NCBI GenBank assembly: GCA_030704615.1
Contig: CM060731.1
Coordinates: forward strand, 72,292,001 to 72,356,000
Direction: 5' to 3'
From: Takakia lepidozioides
Lineage: Eukaryota > Plantae > Bryophyta
Length of the DNA: 64,000 bases
The position numbers and the translations under genes are program-made. The notes under the pieces were generated by a model that saw only the letters and a program-made list of their open reading frames with translations, searched no databases and had not been told where the DNA came from. Below, piece by piece: positions 37,129 through 50,363 of the stretch. Position 1 is the first letter of the stretch. Every line of letters begins with the position of its first letter.

Positions 37129-40100
37129 TGTCGCGCACCTCACTTCGGTAAGCTCCCCTTCCCGTCATAGTTACTCGCTTTGATGCGCGCGCCTAACTCC
37201 CAAACTGGCCGTCAGGCCAACTCGAAGCTTCGGCTGCTTATCGGGACATAACGATCCCCCTTTGCTCCTCCACAAGACCCTCGCTCACTTTGGGCCTAGT
37301 GGAAATTCCCTTTGGTTGTTGGCAGTCCGGAACAACTCCCCACACCTTAGTCGTTTTTCGGCTCGCACGCTTACTCACTAGTTTTTGGTCACCAACGGGT
37401 TTGCACCATTCTCGGGGTTACTACTCCCTATATATACTTCTGTGACTATCCACGGGGGTTTCACAAACAGCACCGTCCTTTTATGACGAACCACCACGAA
37501 GACCCTTGACTCCCGGTGATGAGTCGCGGTGAGTCTTGGCCCACCCACCACGGCCCCAATGGACCGTGATGAGTCCCAAGACTCCCCACGACTCCCACCA
37601 CAAGGTCTCTGCCCCATGGTGAGTCCTATGTCACCCCCACTAAGACCCACTAAGCTACCATCACCCCTCGTGGAACCACCCCACCGCAACCCGGTGTGCG
37701 GGGCTCCACCTAGTGAGCCCTCTGCCTCCTTGAGTGCCCTAGGCACTCAAGGGTGCTTCAGGCCCCATACCTATTGTTGCCACTGCTCCACCCACAAGGG
37801 CAACCCCTCTTGTGTCCCGACCCCTGCCCTTAAGGCAAAGGGCCGCGACACACACCCCTACCAACATGGAGTCAATGTCCTCATCGACTTGTCCGTTTTG
37901 CAGAAACTAACATCCAAGTTGTGGCATCCCACATCAAGGAGTTTGTTTCCATACCATGGCGTCCCATGGCAAAGAACCAACCCCCCCACTTGACTCTACT
38001 CTCCACTAGCTAGTTCGGCCAACTTCCTCCAAGTCTCGGCCAAGGATGAAGCCTCTCCAGCTCCACCCAGTGCACTCTTCTTGGCCCACTTCAAGGCCAA
38101 GGAACGGTTCTCCCCGAGGATCGAATCGTCTTACTACAACAATATTGCTTGCGATCGCTTATGATGCTGCTTTTTGACATCACTTTGAGGAAGGGTTCAC
38201 CTTGAACCCTTTTTTACTAGGAAGATAACCTTGAACCAACCGTGCGCCCCAATCACTACAATTGTGTCCGCCTTGGAATGCTGGCCTGAGGTACGGGAAC
38301 ACGCCGAAGCCGCACTACCACTCCGTCCCGAGGCTACACGATTATAGTACGTGAACGGAAGCACGTAGCTTCCGCGTTAGTCCGCACTACATGGCAACCC
38401 CCTTGGTAGCGCAGTTATAGTATGCGCATGCGCCAGGTGCGCACTAGCACGTGAACTCCTAAAGAAGGCGCAAGTTTCATTGCCCCTTGGATGGAAGTCA
38501 CCCGATTTCGGCACTATGCAAACACACCATTAATCCAATTTACCTCTCCCACTTTTATAAGCTAGCATGCATTCTACACACTAGCCAACCATACCATGCA
38601 TCACCATTCCAAACAAAATAGGAAGCACAACATTTGGAAACCGTTTCATTTATAAACAAACTTTGTACAACACAAGCTTTTGCAATCGGATTCTTGAGCT
38701 ACCTAAGCCAGACTAAGCATGCATTTCCTCCCGCACGATCCAAGGTTGATGTCCCCATCAACTCTTCTTCCGCTTTTGAGGTCGCCCTTCGAAAGCTGCA
38801 ACCGCCTCGGATGCGTTTCCCATTTCTGAGGCACGCACCCAAGTTGCCTCCACTTGATGATAGCCCTTTCATTCCACGAGATACTCCGTTTCTTGATTCT
38901 TGAACCTCCTTGACTTAAGCACTGCCTCCACCTCGTACTCAGATTCATTTTCATGATCCAACAGCACATGTGGCGAACGCAACACTTGATGCCGATTCGG
39001 ATGCGCTTCATCTTTGAAGTAGCGATTCAAAATGGAAACGTGGAATACCGGATGCACCTTGCTATTTGCCGGCAGCTCCAATTCATACACATCCTCACTC
39101 ATAACCTTCCGGATGCGAAAGGGCCCCGCATTCGGAGGTACGAACTTTGGACTCACTTCTGGAGGTAGTAAAAAATTCTTGATATTCAACCAAACCTCCG
39201 TGCCTACCTCAAACTTAACTTCCCTCCGCTTCCGATTCGCCTGCCGTTCATACCGTTTCCTAGCTTTAGCAATGTTGTACTTTGCGAGCTCCAACAAATG
39301 CTCGCGTTCTTCCATCACCGCTGCTGCTGTCGGTTCCACAACGTCCTGGGCAGTCCAACTTGTCGGCACCAGAGGTGCTTTTCCATAGACCAATACGAAA
39401 GGGAAAACTCCCATTACGGAGTGTCCGCATCCAAGTGCTCCACCCAGTCTGACTGGTCTGCCGACATATAATTCCGCAAGATCTGCTTCACCACGGAATT
39501 CACTCTTTCCGTTTGGCCGTCCGTTGTAGATCGGAAGGCCGTGCTCATCTTGAGCCTCGTCCCCATTTTCTTCCAAAGTGCTCTCCAAAATTTACTTGTA
39601 AACTTTGGATCGCGGTCCGAGACAATATCCTTCGAGAGTCCATGATGCTTGAAGACGTGGGCGAAGTAAAGTCGCCCCGTCTCCTGCGCCGTTGTCGTCT
39701 CCTTGGTGGGAATGAAATGGCCCATTTTACTGAACCTATCCACCATCACCATGATTGCATTGAATCTTTTTTACAGCGGCAAAGCAGTCATGAAATCCAT
39801 CGAAACATTTTCCTAAGACCCCTCTGGAATCGGCAAGGGTTGTAACAGCCCCGCTTGTTTTTTGTACTCGCTCCGATTTTGTTGGCATGTGATGCATGTC
39901 TTGACATACTCCTCGGCCTCCTCCCTCAGTTTGGGCCAGAAATACTCTTTCTTCAAGAGTGTCGCGGTGCGCTTGGCTCCGCCGTGGCCCGCAAGTGGGC
40001 CATCCTGGCATTCTCTCAAGAGACTATCTCTGATACCTCCCTTTGGCACGTAGAGACGCTTTTGCTTGTACCGGAGCAGTCCGTTGTGCAAGTGGAACTG

Positions 40101-40848
40101 CGATTTAACCCCCAACCTCAAGTCCCGCATCGCGGACTTCGCCATCTCATCCTTCCGGTAAGCCTTCCGGATTTTCCTTTGGATCCCCGTCTCGCCCCTG
40201 TACACCAACATGAGCTACTGCTTTCTACTTAAAGCATTCGGCCACCACATTGTCCTGTCCCGGTTTGTAATGGATATCCACGTTGAACACTACCAAAGTC
40301 TCTTGTCACCTAAGCTATTTTGGGGACAACTTAGGCTGTGTGGAAAAATACATCACCGTGACATTGTCCGTGAACACCTTCACCTGGTTGGAACCAATAT
40401 AGTGGCGCCAAAGCTCAAGACAATGCACCACCGCCTTCATTTCTTTCTCGTGCGTAGACCACCGTCGCTCCACTTCATTCAGTTTCTTACTTTCGTACAA
40501 GCCACTAGACGTGGACCATCCTGCATGAGCACACCCCCGATTACGAAGTCCGACACATCTGTATGAATCTCAAATGGACGGTCGAACTCCGGGATTTTCA
40601 AGACTGGAGCTTCCGCCATCTGCTGCTTCAACTCGGCAAAAGCTTGGCCACAAAAGATGTTCCATATCCATACCTTGGACTTACACAAAAGGTCTGACAT
40701 CGGCCCCGCGATCTTGGCGAAATTTCTCACACACTTTCGGTAAAAGGAGGCGAGTCCTAGGAAGGATCGCACTCCCGGGACCGAAGTCAGAGGTTCCCAG
40801 TCCAAGATCATCCTCACCTTTTTGTCATCCATTTTGATCCCATCTTGT
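37129..40848 (-). mobile_element. Chromovirus-type Ty3/Gypsy element, 3' half, interrupted in RT by a CACTA
   Basis: pol remnants followed by a PPT-like gcgggaggaaa and TG at 38723. Putative 3' LTR 37129-38723; the LTR boundaries are inferred. Confidence 0.75.
38763..40848 (-). pseudogene. Gypsy pol remnant: RT C-terminus, RNase H, integrase, chromodomain
   Basis: VRSFLGLASFYRK, FEIHTDVSDFVIGGVLMQ, EKEMKAVVHCLELWRHY, GHGG..CITCQ, VVDRFSK-like, IVSDRDPKFTSKFW, TDGQTERVN, GPFRI, VHPVFHVS and YEVEAVLKSR..EYLV (chromodomain). Contains frameshifts and stops. Confidence 0.93.
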
Positions 40849-42139
40849 CACTACAAGAGATGAGCGTTTTTAGGACTACGGCTTTGGCGGAGTCATAACT
40901 GCACTAGGTAGATGACTACAGAGCGCTGAAATGCGTTGCAGTCATAGTTTTATCACTACATAACTCCGGATATCACTACATGACTTCGGAAAGTTGGGGA
41001 GCTTTGGTCAAATATTGTTGACCACGATGACAGGGATGGTTTATATGACTAGTGTAATATGTTTGACTACACGTGGACGACGTTTCATGGAATGTTATGA
41101 CTCCATGACTGGAGATGGTTTCACAGCTCTAATTATACAACTACATCGCTACACGTGTCATTTCGAAGGCAAATACACGAATGTATTCATCCATTGGACG
41201 AGTTCATCCACAACATGACATGTAAACTTATGACTGTCTGACTGCAGATTGATTCATGACTCTATATATATGACTACATCACTACACGTGGCATTTTAAA
41301 GGCATTTATATGACTTTATTAGTACACATGTCATTTTGAAGACATATACATGAATGGATCCATCCATTGGATGAGCTCATCCATCCATGTTTGCCGAAAT
41401 CCTATCAGCTTAGTACATGTGGTAGTTTCCTATTGGTTTGATATAGCTCAAGCATTTTGTAGTTACCGTAGAGCACTAAGTCGCATTCTTCATTGAGTCT
41501 GTAAAGTGAGAGTCTGCAGAGGATGCCGTTTGGAATGTGGAGTTTGCAGAGAGGGAATGTGCGACAGTATGGCTGAACGACGGGTCGTGTCTTCAAATGC
41601 GATGATTGCAGGATAGCATGGTGATCATATCACAGGCGAGAATTGTATCTACTTGAAGAAATTTGGAACGCTACCTTCATGGACATGTATGGAAGCATCG
41701 ACGATGCGAATTCGAAGGGAGAGTTCGAAAGGATGGACAAAGGTTATCTGGTGTCAGATTGGTAAGTTATAATCGAAACGTTTAAATATCTGCTGCCAAG
41801 TCTACATCTCTTCCATTAGCAGTTATAACCAATCACCATCATGAAGCTACAGGCCCGATGCGAAATCCCAATCGGAACCTGAATCTTCCTCCCCCTTTTT
41901 GTCCTTATTTTGCTGTCAATCCCTTCATTCTATGTGGAAGGTTCCAAAGGGAACTTCACATTTCCCCTCATGATCTTGATTTTGGGAATTCTTTTCGAAT
42001 GCAATGCTGTTAGGATATGGGTAGCATTGTCGTCATCACAGGTTGGCCGGTCAAATAATGGAAGATATTACAAAGGAAAGGTTGAAGCTGGCCACCAGTA
42101 TATGTGTTCTCTCTGCGAATTGCCAAACTGGCTTCATCA

Positions 42140-43150
42140 AGAATGTGCAGGGTCGCAATGTCCTCACTAACTTTTAGGTTACTCTCATTTTAAGTGGGTG
42201 CAGTGCTGCTTCTAGTATGGGGCTCTTATCACTGGGTACATCATAGCGAAATTGAAGTGCTTATTCTCAGGTAAAAATCTGTCTTTTGGCACTCTAAAGT
42301 GAGCTTTTTTTGTTGTCAGGGTTAAATGTCGTGTTGTAAATTGACTTGGGATTGGTGCAGGGAATAAATTTCACCACAGTTGATGGAGGCTGGTGCGGAA
42401 ATGGTAGAGTCTGATAGAGTCACATGTGGATGTGAAAACAACAGACAATTACATGTTGCGGATTTTCTGCATTGGCTTCACAAAGAAGCGACCCAACCAC
42501 ATTAAGCGCACTTGCTACGCACAATTTCAAAAATGTTAGACAATTTCTAGGGCTCTTCGACAAAATGATGCAATTCTTAGAAGTTGAATGGCAGTCTCTG
42601 AAAGAAATGGAACCTCAAGTACACCAGCCAATAGTTTTTGGGGATAATGAAGGCATTTCAGGTCTTTGATGTCCATTTGCAGCCAGTATTTCCATGCAGG
42701 TCCTTCACCAATTTTGCAATATGCAGCCTAATGTAAGTAGTGTTACCATGTCTCGGCTTGCTTCGGTGGAAGATGAGGGAGATCATTGTGCATGAAGCTC
42801 AAACTTGTGATTTGAAGGTTCTTGTAGCCAAGTTCATTCCAGAGGTGATTGGAAAAGACATTGAGAAGATATCAGCCAGTATGTATCCTATACAGAACAC
42901 CTTCATCCACAAAGTAAATATTGTGAAAGCTCCCAGAGTTGATGTGGGCAAGCTTATGGAGGTAGAACTTGCTTCCCTCTTCTAATTTAAGTGTTGGATA
43001 AGTTTCAGTTTAATGTCGACGTTCACTGCATACATTGGCTGTTTTCTTGGCTGGTATCTTGTTGCTTGGCTGCTTTCATGGGGATCACATACAGTGAGGA
43101 GGTGGGAACAAAGATAGAGCGACATGTTGGTGAGTTGGAAGAGCTTGAAG
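42140..43150 (+). pseudogene. RPS3A: Captured 40S ribosomal protein S3a (eS1) fragment with introns
   Basis: Exon pieces [99 protein letters not shown]|gt and HGD..SEEVGTKIER. Contains stops and indels. Confidence 0.9.
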
Positions 43151-44720
43151 GGGAGCATGTTGAGGTACCAGGGGTTAAATTTCCCGTGTGTAGTGGAAGG
43201 GGAGGAGTACGAACGTAAGTTCTGCTGCAATAATTTTTGTTTTCCAGCCTACATGTTCTTGTTAGATATATAATTGAAGTGTTTTCAATGTTGCTGCAAT
43301 ACCATAATAAAGTGGAGGCTGCTGAATGCAGTTGGCCTTGCTTGGTGCGGACAGAATCCATTGCAATGTGGAGATGGCTGAAACACCATTATAGCATTTC
43401 CAGAGGATGGTGTGGATGGCCTTGCGTGGTGCATGCAGAGTCCGTGACAATGTGGAGATGGCTGAATGGGCAAAGGAGGCAAGTGGCAAAGAAGCCACGT
43501 CACTGGTACATAGTTGTGTGCGACATACTATGAAACTGTACTATATGTCATTTTAGAGACTGTCATTGTTAGTCCATTGTTTTACAACAATGCTATCAAT
43601 ATAAGACTTCTGGTTCGCATTGGAAGCTCAATCCCTGTAAGTTCATTGTGTGTGAAGCTCAAACTTGTGATTTGAAGGATCTTGTAGCCAAGTTCATTCA
43701 ACCGGAAAGGAAAAATTCTGAAAGCTCCCAAATTTGATGTGGGCAAGCTTATGGAGGTAAAACTCGGCTTCCCTCCTCTAATGTAAGTGCTGGATAAGTT
43801 TCATTTAGTGTCGACCTTCACTGCATATATTGGCTCTTTTCTTGGCCGGTTTCATATTTTCTTGGCTGGTATGCTGTTGGTTAGCTTCTTTCATTTCACG
43901 TGTGTAGTGGAAGGGGAGAAGTACTTTCCTAAGTTCTGCTGCAACAATGTCTTTTTCCAGCCTAGATGTTCTCGATGGATACAAATTGAAGTGCTTTGAA
44001 TGTTGCTACAATACTATAATAAAGTGGAGGGTGCTGAATGCAGTTGGCCTTGCTTCGTGCAGGCATAATCCAGGAAAATGTGGACATAGCTGAAACCCCA
44101 TGATAGCATTTTCAGAGGATGGTGTGGATGGCCTCACAATCCAGCATGCAAAATCCATGGCAATGTGGAGATGGCTGAATGGGCAAACAGGTTAAGTGGC
44201 GAACAAGCCACGTCACTGGTACATAGTTGCGTGCTTACATAGTACATGAAAGTGTACTACATGTCATTCCCGAAAATGACCATGTTGGTCCATGTATTTT
44301 ACAACAATGCTATCAATAAAAGACCAATGGTTCGCATTGGAAACTCAATCCCCGTAAGTGGCTTGTGCGTGATGCTCAAACTTGTGATTTGAAGGATCTT
44401 ATACCCCAGTTCATTGCAGAGGTGATTGGAAAAGACATTGAGAAGGCAACAGCCGGTATCTATCCTCTACAGATCCCCTTCAATTTGATGTGGGAAGGCG
44501 GCTGGAGGTCTAGTCTCATTTTCACTCATCTAATGTCAGTGTTGTATCCATTGCAATGTGGAGATGTTTGAAACAACATTGGAGCATTTCCAGAGGATGG
44601 TCTGGATGGCCTTTCGTGGCGTGTGCCGAATCCATGGCAAGAAAACATTGCAGGCAGAACCCATGGCAATGGTACTTGCACGGGTTGGTCCAAAGCCAAT
44701 TGCAACAACAAATGAATAAA
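42782..44720 (+). repeat. Three diverged tandem units starting within an RPS3a exon
   Basis: gctcaaacttgtgatttgaagg at about 42796, 43657 and 44374; shared downstream blocks such as agcatt..cagaggatggt.tggatggcct. Confidence 0.85.
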
Positions 44721-44864
44721 GGGTGTTGAAAGGAAAGCACTCCATAATTGATCATAAAATCCACTGTCCAAGCATGATATCTTAATGGGAATGCGAAGGG
44801 AGTGTTACCACCTTAAACTATCTGCATGCATGGTCTATAACTGGAGTGCACAAATCTAGCATAT

Positions 44865-45086
44865 CTAATCTTCATCATCCTCATCTATGTCTAGGTCACT
44901 GCATGTATCATTGTCTTCATCACAGACTTGATCTTGTCCAAGGGTTGGCTGAACATCATCACCACGTATACGGGGTGCTCGGAGGTACAAGGAGGCCACC
45001 TGCTCTGGAGTAACCGGTACCGCTCGGCTGCATGTTGGGCCATCAGTAACTAGACTCTCCTCTAGTCTTTGTGGGGCTAACAATCC
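44865..45086 (-). pseudogene. Displaced acidic C-terminus of the CACTA transposase
   Basis: The frame ..DDVAEVEG at 50364 resumes after the LTR insertion as ..LAPQRLEE...DIDEDDED*. Confidence 0.6.
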
Positions 45087-45903
45087 TATTAGAGGGCTGC
45101 TTGGGACTTAGATGCTTTTACGGGTTCTGTGGGGTACCCTTAACTTTTGTGCAGACTACGGATGGTAGACTGAGAGCAACAGGAGCCTTAGGGGGGGTAG
45201 ACACAGCCCGACACAGCTTTGCACAGCCAGTCGCAGCCCGACACAGCCCGACACAGCTTTACACAGCCAGTCACAGCCCAGCACAGTCACAGCTCGACAT
45301 AGCTTGGCACAGCCTATCACAGCGTACATAGGGAACGGTTATCATTGACCATTGCAGCACGATTTGCATCTTGAAACATAGAAACAGTCACGGGCTGCAC
45401 CGGTAATACCAACGGAGCATGGAGCACTTGTCGTAAAGCCGAATGTGTATGGACTGAGCGGAGAACACGGGTGTTCGCATAGTTATCACAACCCACCACA
45501 GTGTCACACAGCCTATCACAGCTCGTCACAGTTTGACACAGCCTGTCACAGCCCAACACAACCCACGCGGGTTACACAGTCCATAGGGTCAGTGACAGGT
45601 GGACGTGGGTTAACGTCCGAAAAGTGGCCGGCGGGTGAAAAGACAGCTTCGAATTCAAACTCGGAGAATGTGCCACGCGGACAGGGGAAGATGGAGGCAG
45701 GTCTAGAAACGAACACGTGGTCGCCAGGGCGAAGCACACCACAGTGCATATATTGCAAAAGCGGGTGTCATCATGCAAGAAGACAAATTGGGCCGTCAAA
45801 GTACCTACCCGGTACATCAACCCAAACTATTTGTGGGCCCATTAATGCATTTAGGGCAAGGGTGACGGAACCCTTTACGAGTACAGAAAAAGGGGACTCT
45901 AGA

Positions 45904-48900
45904 ATGAAGAGAGTGAGGGGAATGGAGGATATCAGGGTGAAGAGCACCACGATTGTGCAGAAGCAAACAATTGCTCCACCACAGGCAGTGCAGCTGCTGA
46001 GGGAGTTGCGGTTGGAGGGACTGCTACGCAAGGACTGGTCCTTGCATCATCCGCAGTATATGATTCAATCTCTTCATAACTTTGAGCCTCGGATGGGAGT
46101 TACCCAGGTGAGGGGAGTAGATATAGAAATTACTCCCCAGTACTTGCAGCAATTGTTCGATTTGCGATCGGGTCATGTGGATGTGGATGAGCACAAGGCA
46201 AGATTGCAGATAGGGAATTTGTTCCAAGAAGGGAGTTTCTTTAAGACTCAAGGTTACGCTTGCACCAAAGCCGAGTACCTAGGGCTCAGGGAAGTTGGCC
46301 AAATATTGAACGTTCTGTTTGCCATGAAACAGAACCAACAATATTTGAGTAGATTATTCACAGAGGAGATACTAAAAGCTTTGAGGGGAGAGGATGTCGT
46401 TTGGACAGAGTTAATGTACAATGGTCTGGTGGAAGAGATGAAGAGGTTACAGGGCACTGCTGCTAAGTCTCCGATCATTGTGTCTGGCCCAGTCATTGCC
46501 CAAATTATTCTTGACTCTTGCATACTTGATGCGCGAGAACGTAAGGAGATGGAAGTGTTTGAGGCAGCAACCACTGCAATGGAGGAGCAAGGCTCTTCAC
46601 ATAGTGAGGGTGGACTGGAGGGGCAACACCAGTCTAAGAGACATAAGCGGAATATGACTGTAGTGGCAGATCCACTAGCTTCAAGAAAACCGCAAGATGA
46701 TGTTTCCATAGCTCCTGCGCAAGATGGGGCACAGCAGCACAGAGGGCTGTTATTATTGGAAGCACGACCTTTGGAGAGGAACGAAGAAGCCACTTCGGTA
46801 CCACAGCCATCATAGCGAGTTGACTCGGAGGTTCCTCAGTTAGAACATGATGTTGCACCAGACCCTATTGCTCTGGAAGGAGAAGGGTTGGACATTCCCA
46901 CTACAGAGCAGGTCGTGGCAGAAATTGAGAAGGGTGACCTTCTCTATGAAAACTCTGGCTTGGTCAGGGGATCAGTGGTACCAGAGGTGTAGAGTCTGTC
47001 CAGGGAAATCCCTGCTGAGCATATGGCGGAGGTTTCAGGAATGGAGTGTAGGAGCACTGCAGCACCTGTGGAGGAAGAGGTCGTTCAGGAAGAGGATCTG
47101 GTGGGAACATGGCCTGAATGGTTGGTGAAACATCACATTGCGGAGGATCAGGGAGAACAGCAACAAGTTCACCATGACGACCCACAGCAGGCCATGCTTA
47201 TGAGTTCCATAAGCAGGACACTCAATTTGTTGGGCACTTATGTGAAATCCCATGTTCTATCTACACAATTGGCAGCTTTGAGGGAGGAACTCAAGAAAGA
47301 GTTTGAGGCTAGAATTGCCACCGAGTGTGCAAACAAGGTGGACGAAGAGGCCAACCTAAAGTTGCAAAAGGAACTGGAGGACACAAAGGCTGCCTTGTAG
47401 TTGGCTAAGGGAGATTTGATTGAAGCAGGTCTCGAGCAGGACAAGTTGCATGAAGCACATAAGCAACACTTATACCAATTGCAAGTGAAGCATGAGGGCA
47501 AGTTGCAGGAAGTGAACGTGCTACATACAGAATTGGAGGCAGGTTATCAGAGAATGACCATACAATGTGCCATACTAACAACTGCTCTAGAACAAACTGC
47601 GTTAGAAGTTAACAGACAAGGAGAGAGATGTATGATGGCAGAAGCTGAGATAATTGAGCAAGGGAAACTCATTGTTGATTTGAAGGCTACAATATGTCGC
47701 AATGAGAATACTTTCCAACAGTATAGTCAGGTTGAGGCTGAGAAGGAGAGGTACATCCTGCAGTTGCAGCAAACACTCATGGTCCATAAGAATGAACTCT
47801 CTGTGGCTAACAAGGCTTGGAAGGAAGCCAATAATTTGGCTGCTGCCTATACGGCCCTGGTTGAACCTCATGCAAAGCGCATGGAGGCTTTACAGCAGCA
47901 GATAGATGTGTACAGACTCAAGGAGGAGCAGACTCTCAGGGGTGCCACACAGGACATGGTGGATAATCACCTTATGCAAGTATGGTTAGCACAAGGGCCG
48001 GTAGAAAACAAAGCACCAAGGAAGCTCACCCAGGGAGAGATGAATGATCTCAGATTCCAGGTGCAGAACATTGCCACAACTACTATAGACAATGTCAATA
48101 GTAGGATAGCGGAGTTACAGGATGATGTTGAAGGCCTGCAGACTCAAGTGGATGACCTGAGTTCAAATATTGACAAAAGAATCTTTGTTCCTGAGGAGCA
48201 GCTGGTGGCTACTTATCTGCATGCCAGGACTTTGATTTTTCAGTCTTCTTCGCATGAGGTGCAGGAGTTGTCAGTGGTAGAATGGCCAGTGGTGGCAATA
48301 CCACAGCTTCCACAGCAAGTGCCTGTGCAGGTAGCTGCCCTTGTTGCTACTATGGCAAAGCCACAGCCTGAGGTTTGGGGGGATGCTGCTTTTAACCCAC
48401 CTAGGACTCCTGCTGCACGGGAGTACAGTCGGGCTATCATTATGCCCTTCAACCAAATTCCCATTGTGCTGGATTTGGCTTGGAAGGAATTTAGTCCTCC
48501 GCAGTCGTTGGCACATTACTACCAGATCATGCGCATTTGGTTGCCAGTGGCAACTCGGACTAAGGTTCTTCCGAACAATCGACCCATTGAGGATCATCAC
48601 TTTGCAAGGTACTGGTCTGAGGCAGGCACCATGCTGAAGGAATTAATTGCCTTCATGGTTGTATATGGGTACATCTATACTAAGACCAAGGAGGTATCTA
48701 GTATTGTCATGGGCTATGGATTATACTATGCTGCTTGTTTCATGGCACGTTATCACATTGAGCAGTAGAAGATGCAATCACGATTTCTGAGTTATTCCAG
48801 TGGGGATCAATGGGTCTTACGTTTAGTGCCACCTCATATGTACTTGTATGATGCGAAAGTTATGATGCAGAAGGATTCCCAACTTTGTTCCTAGTTTAAT

Positions 48901-49441
48901 TCGGCTTGAAACAACTTGGCAACAGAGAAATTGGGCCCTGATGATATTTTCTATAAGGGACATGAAGCCTGGAAATATTTACACTGTTCCAAAGTTATTG
49001 GCACACCTCTCACCTATACGGCTAAGGAGTTCAGGGCGTTCACTCATTTTGCTTGCACCCGCTTAAGTAGTACAGTTTAAGCTTCCCGACATGGTGGGAC
49101 AACATTGTATGCCACGCAGGATTCTGGAGAAGCCACTTAAAGTTCGGCCGTTAAAACACCTAAGGGGGGACGATGATTCTGATACTACTGGTTCTTCAGA
49201 AGAATCTTTTGACATGGCAGAGGACTATGCACTCCAGATGGCAGAGAAGAAACGACGGGGATCTCCTATGCCTGAGAGGTTACCTCGTTATCAACCACAT
49301 GAGGATCAAACATTTCCAGGTAGTGCTCAATCGCCTCCATCAGCCAGTGACAGGGCTCGAGCTCGCACACGGAGTCTTTCACGAGACTCTCACCGTCAGA
49401 AGGATGCTTGCTTACAAAGGTTTGCTGATCCTAAACAGTAA
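45904..49441 (+). pseudogene. Large 3' extra ORF (~1180 codons) in env-like position: Athila/Transposase_32-like N-domain plus coiled coil
   Basis: ORFs 45445, 47023 and 47401 share one frame, separated by in-frame stops. Contains HPQYMIQ.LHNF..TQVRGVDIEITPQYLQQLFDL and a long E/Q/K-rich helical region; ends just before the PPT. Confidence 0.7.
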
Positions 49442-49479
49442 ACCGTGAGGACACGGCTTTTTGAGACGGGGAGGGATAA

Positions 49480-50363
49480 TGTTAGAGGGCTGCTTGGGAC
49501 TTGGATGCTTTTACGGGTTCTGTGGGGTACCCTTAATTTTTGTGCAGACTTACGGATGGTAGACTGAGAGCAACAGGAGCCTTAGGGGTGGCAGACGCAG
49601 GCTTAGGGGGGTAGACACAGCCCGACACAGCTTTGCACAGCCAGTCGCAGCCCGACACAGCCCGACACAGCTTTACACAGCCAGTCACAGCTCGGCACAG
49701 TCACAGCTCGACACAGCTTGGCACAACCTATCACAGCGTACATAGGGAACGGTTATCATTGATAGGGAACGTCTATGTGGGAACGACATCTGCAGAGGGA
49801 ACGTGTTACTTCAGGGGTGACAGTTAGTTAGTTAGGTGGTTAGAACAGCTTGCGGGTAGATTAAGCAGGGCGGCAACCGGAAGGGGATCACTTCTTGAGG
49901 AGCGCGACTTGATCAGGGGAGGAGGAGACGAAACGGAGAGTGGAACAGTGAAGAGGAGATGATGACTTGATTGAGGCTTAATTCATGCAAGTTGTAGAAT
50001 CATACAGTAGGGTAGATTAGGGACACCATGGCATTGGCCTGATACCTGATTAATCTTAATCTGATACTTAATCGATACAATCATACTGTGTAGAGAGACA
50101 TGAGAGAAGTTGTGGAATGAATGAATGATTGATTGGAACTTGGTAGATACTGAAGCAATCTGATGCTTTAGTATACACAGTAAGGTAAATTGAGAATATA
50201 AAGGCAAGAAGGAATACAAATAGGAAGCACAACCATGATTCACTAGCTGTAGGTCATGACTGATTGTTCTGAGCGGGCTGAGTGCTTAGAGATATCCAAC
50301 TCTTCTATCTTGGAGTTTCCACCTCAGATAGCAAAGGGATGGGTGAGTAAAAGTCGCTTGACA
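49480..50363 (+). repeat. 3' LTR (884 bp)
   Basis: TGTTAGAGGGCTG...GCTTGACA; homologous to 56018-56997; contains a cacagc minisatellite. Confidence 0.93.

Larger units (their letters stand above)
45087..50363 (+). mobile_element. Internally deleted non-chromovirus Gypsy element inserted into the CACTA transposase
   Basis: 5-bp TSD AATCC at 45082-45086 and 50364-50368. Partial 5' LTR 45087-45348, PPT gagacggggagggataa at 49463-49479, full 3' LTR. PBS and gag-pol are deleted. Confidence 0.92.
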
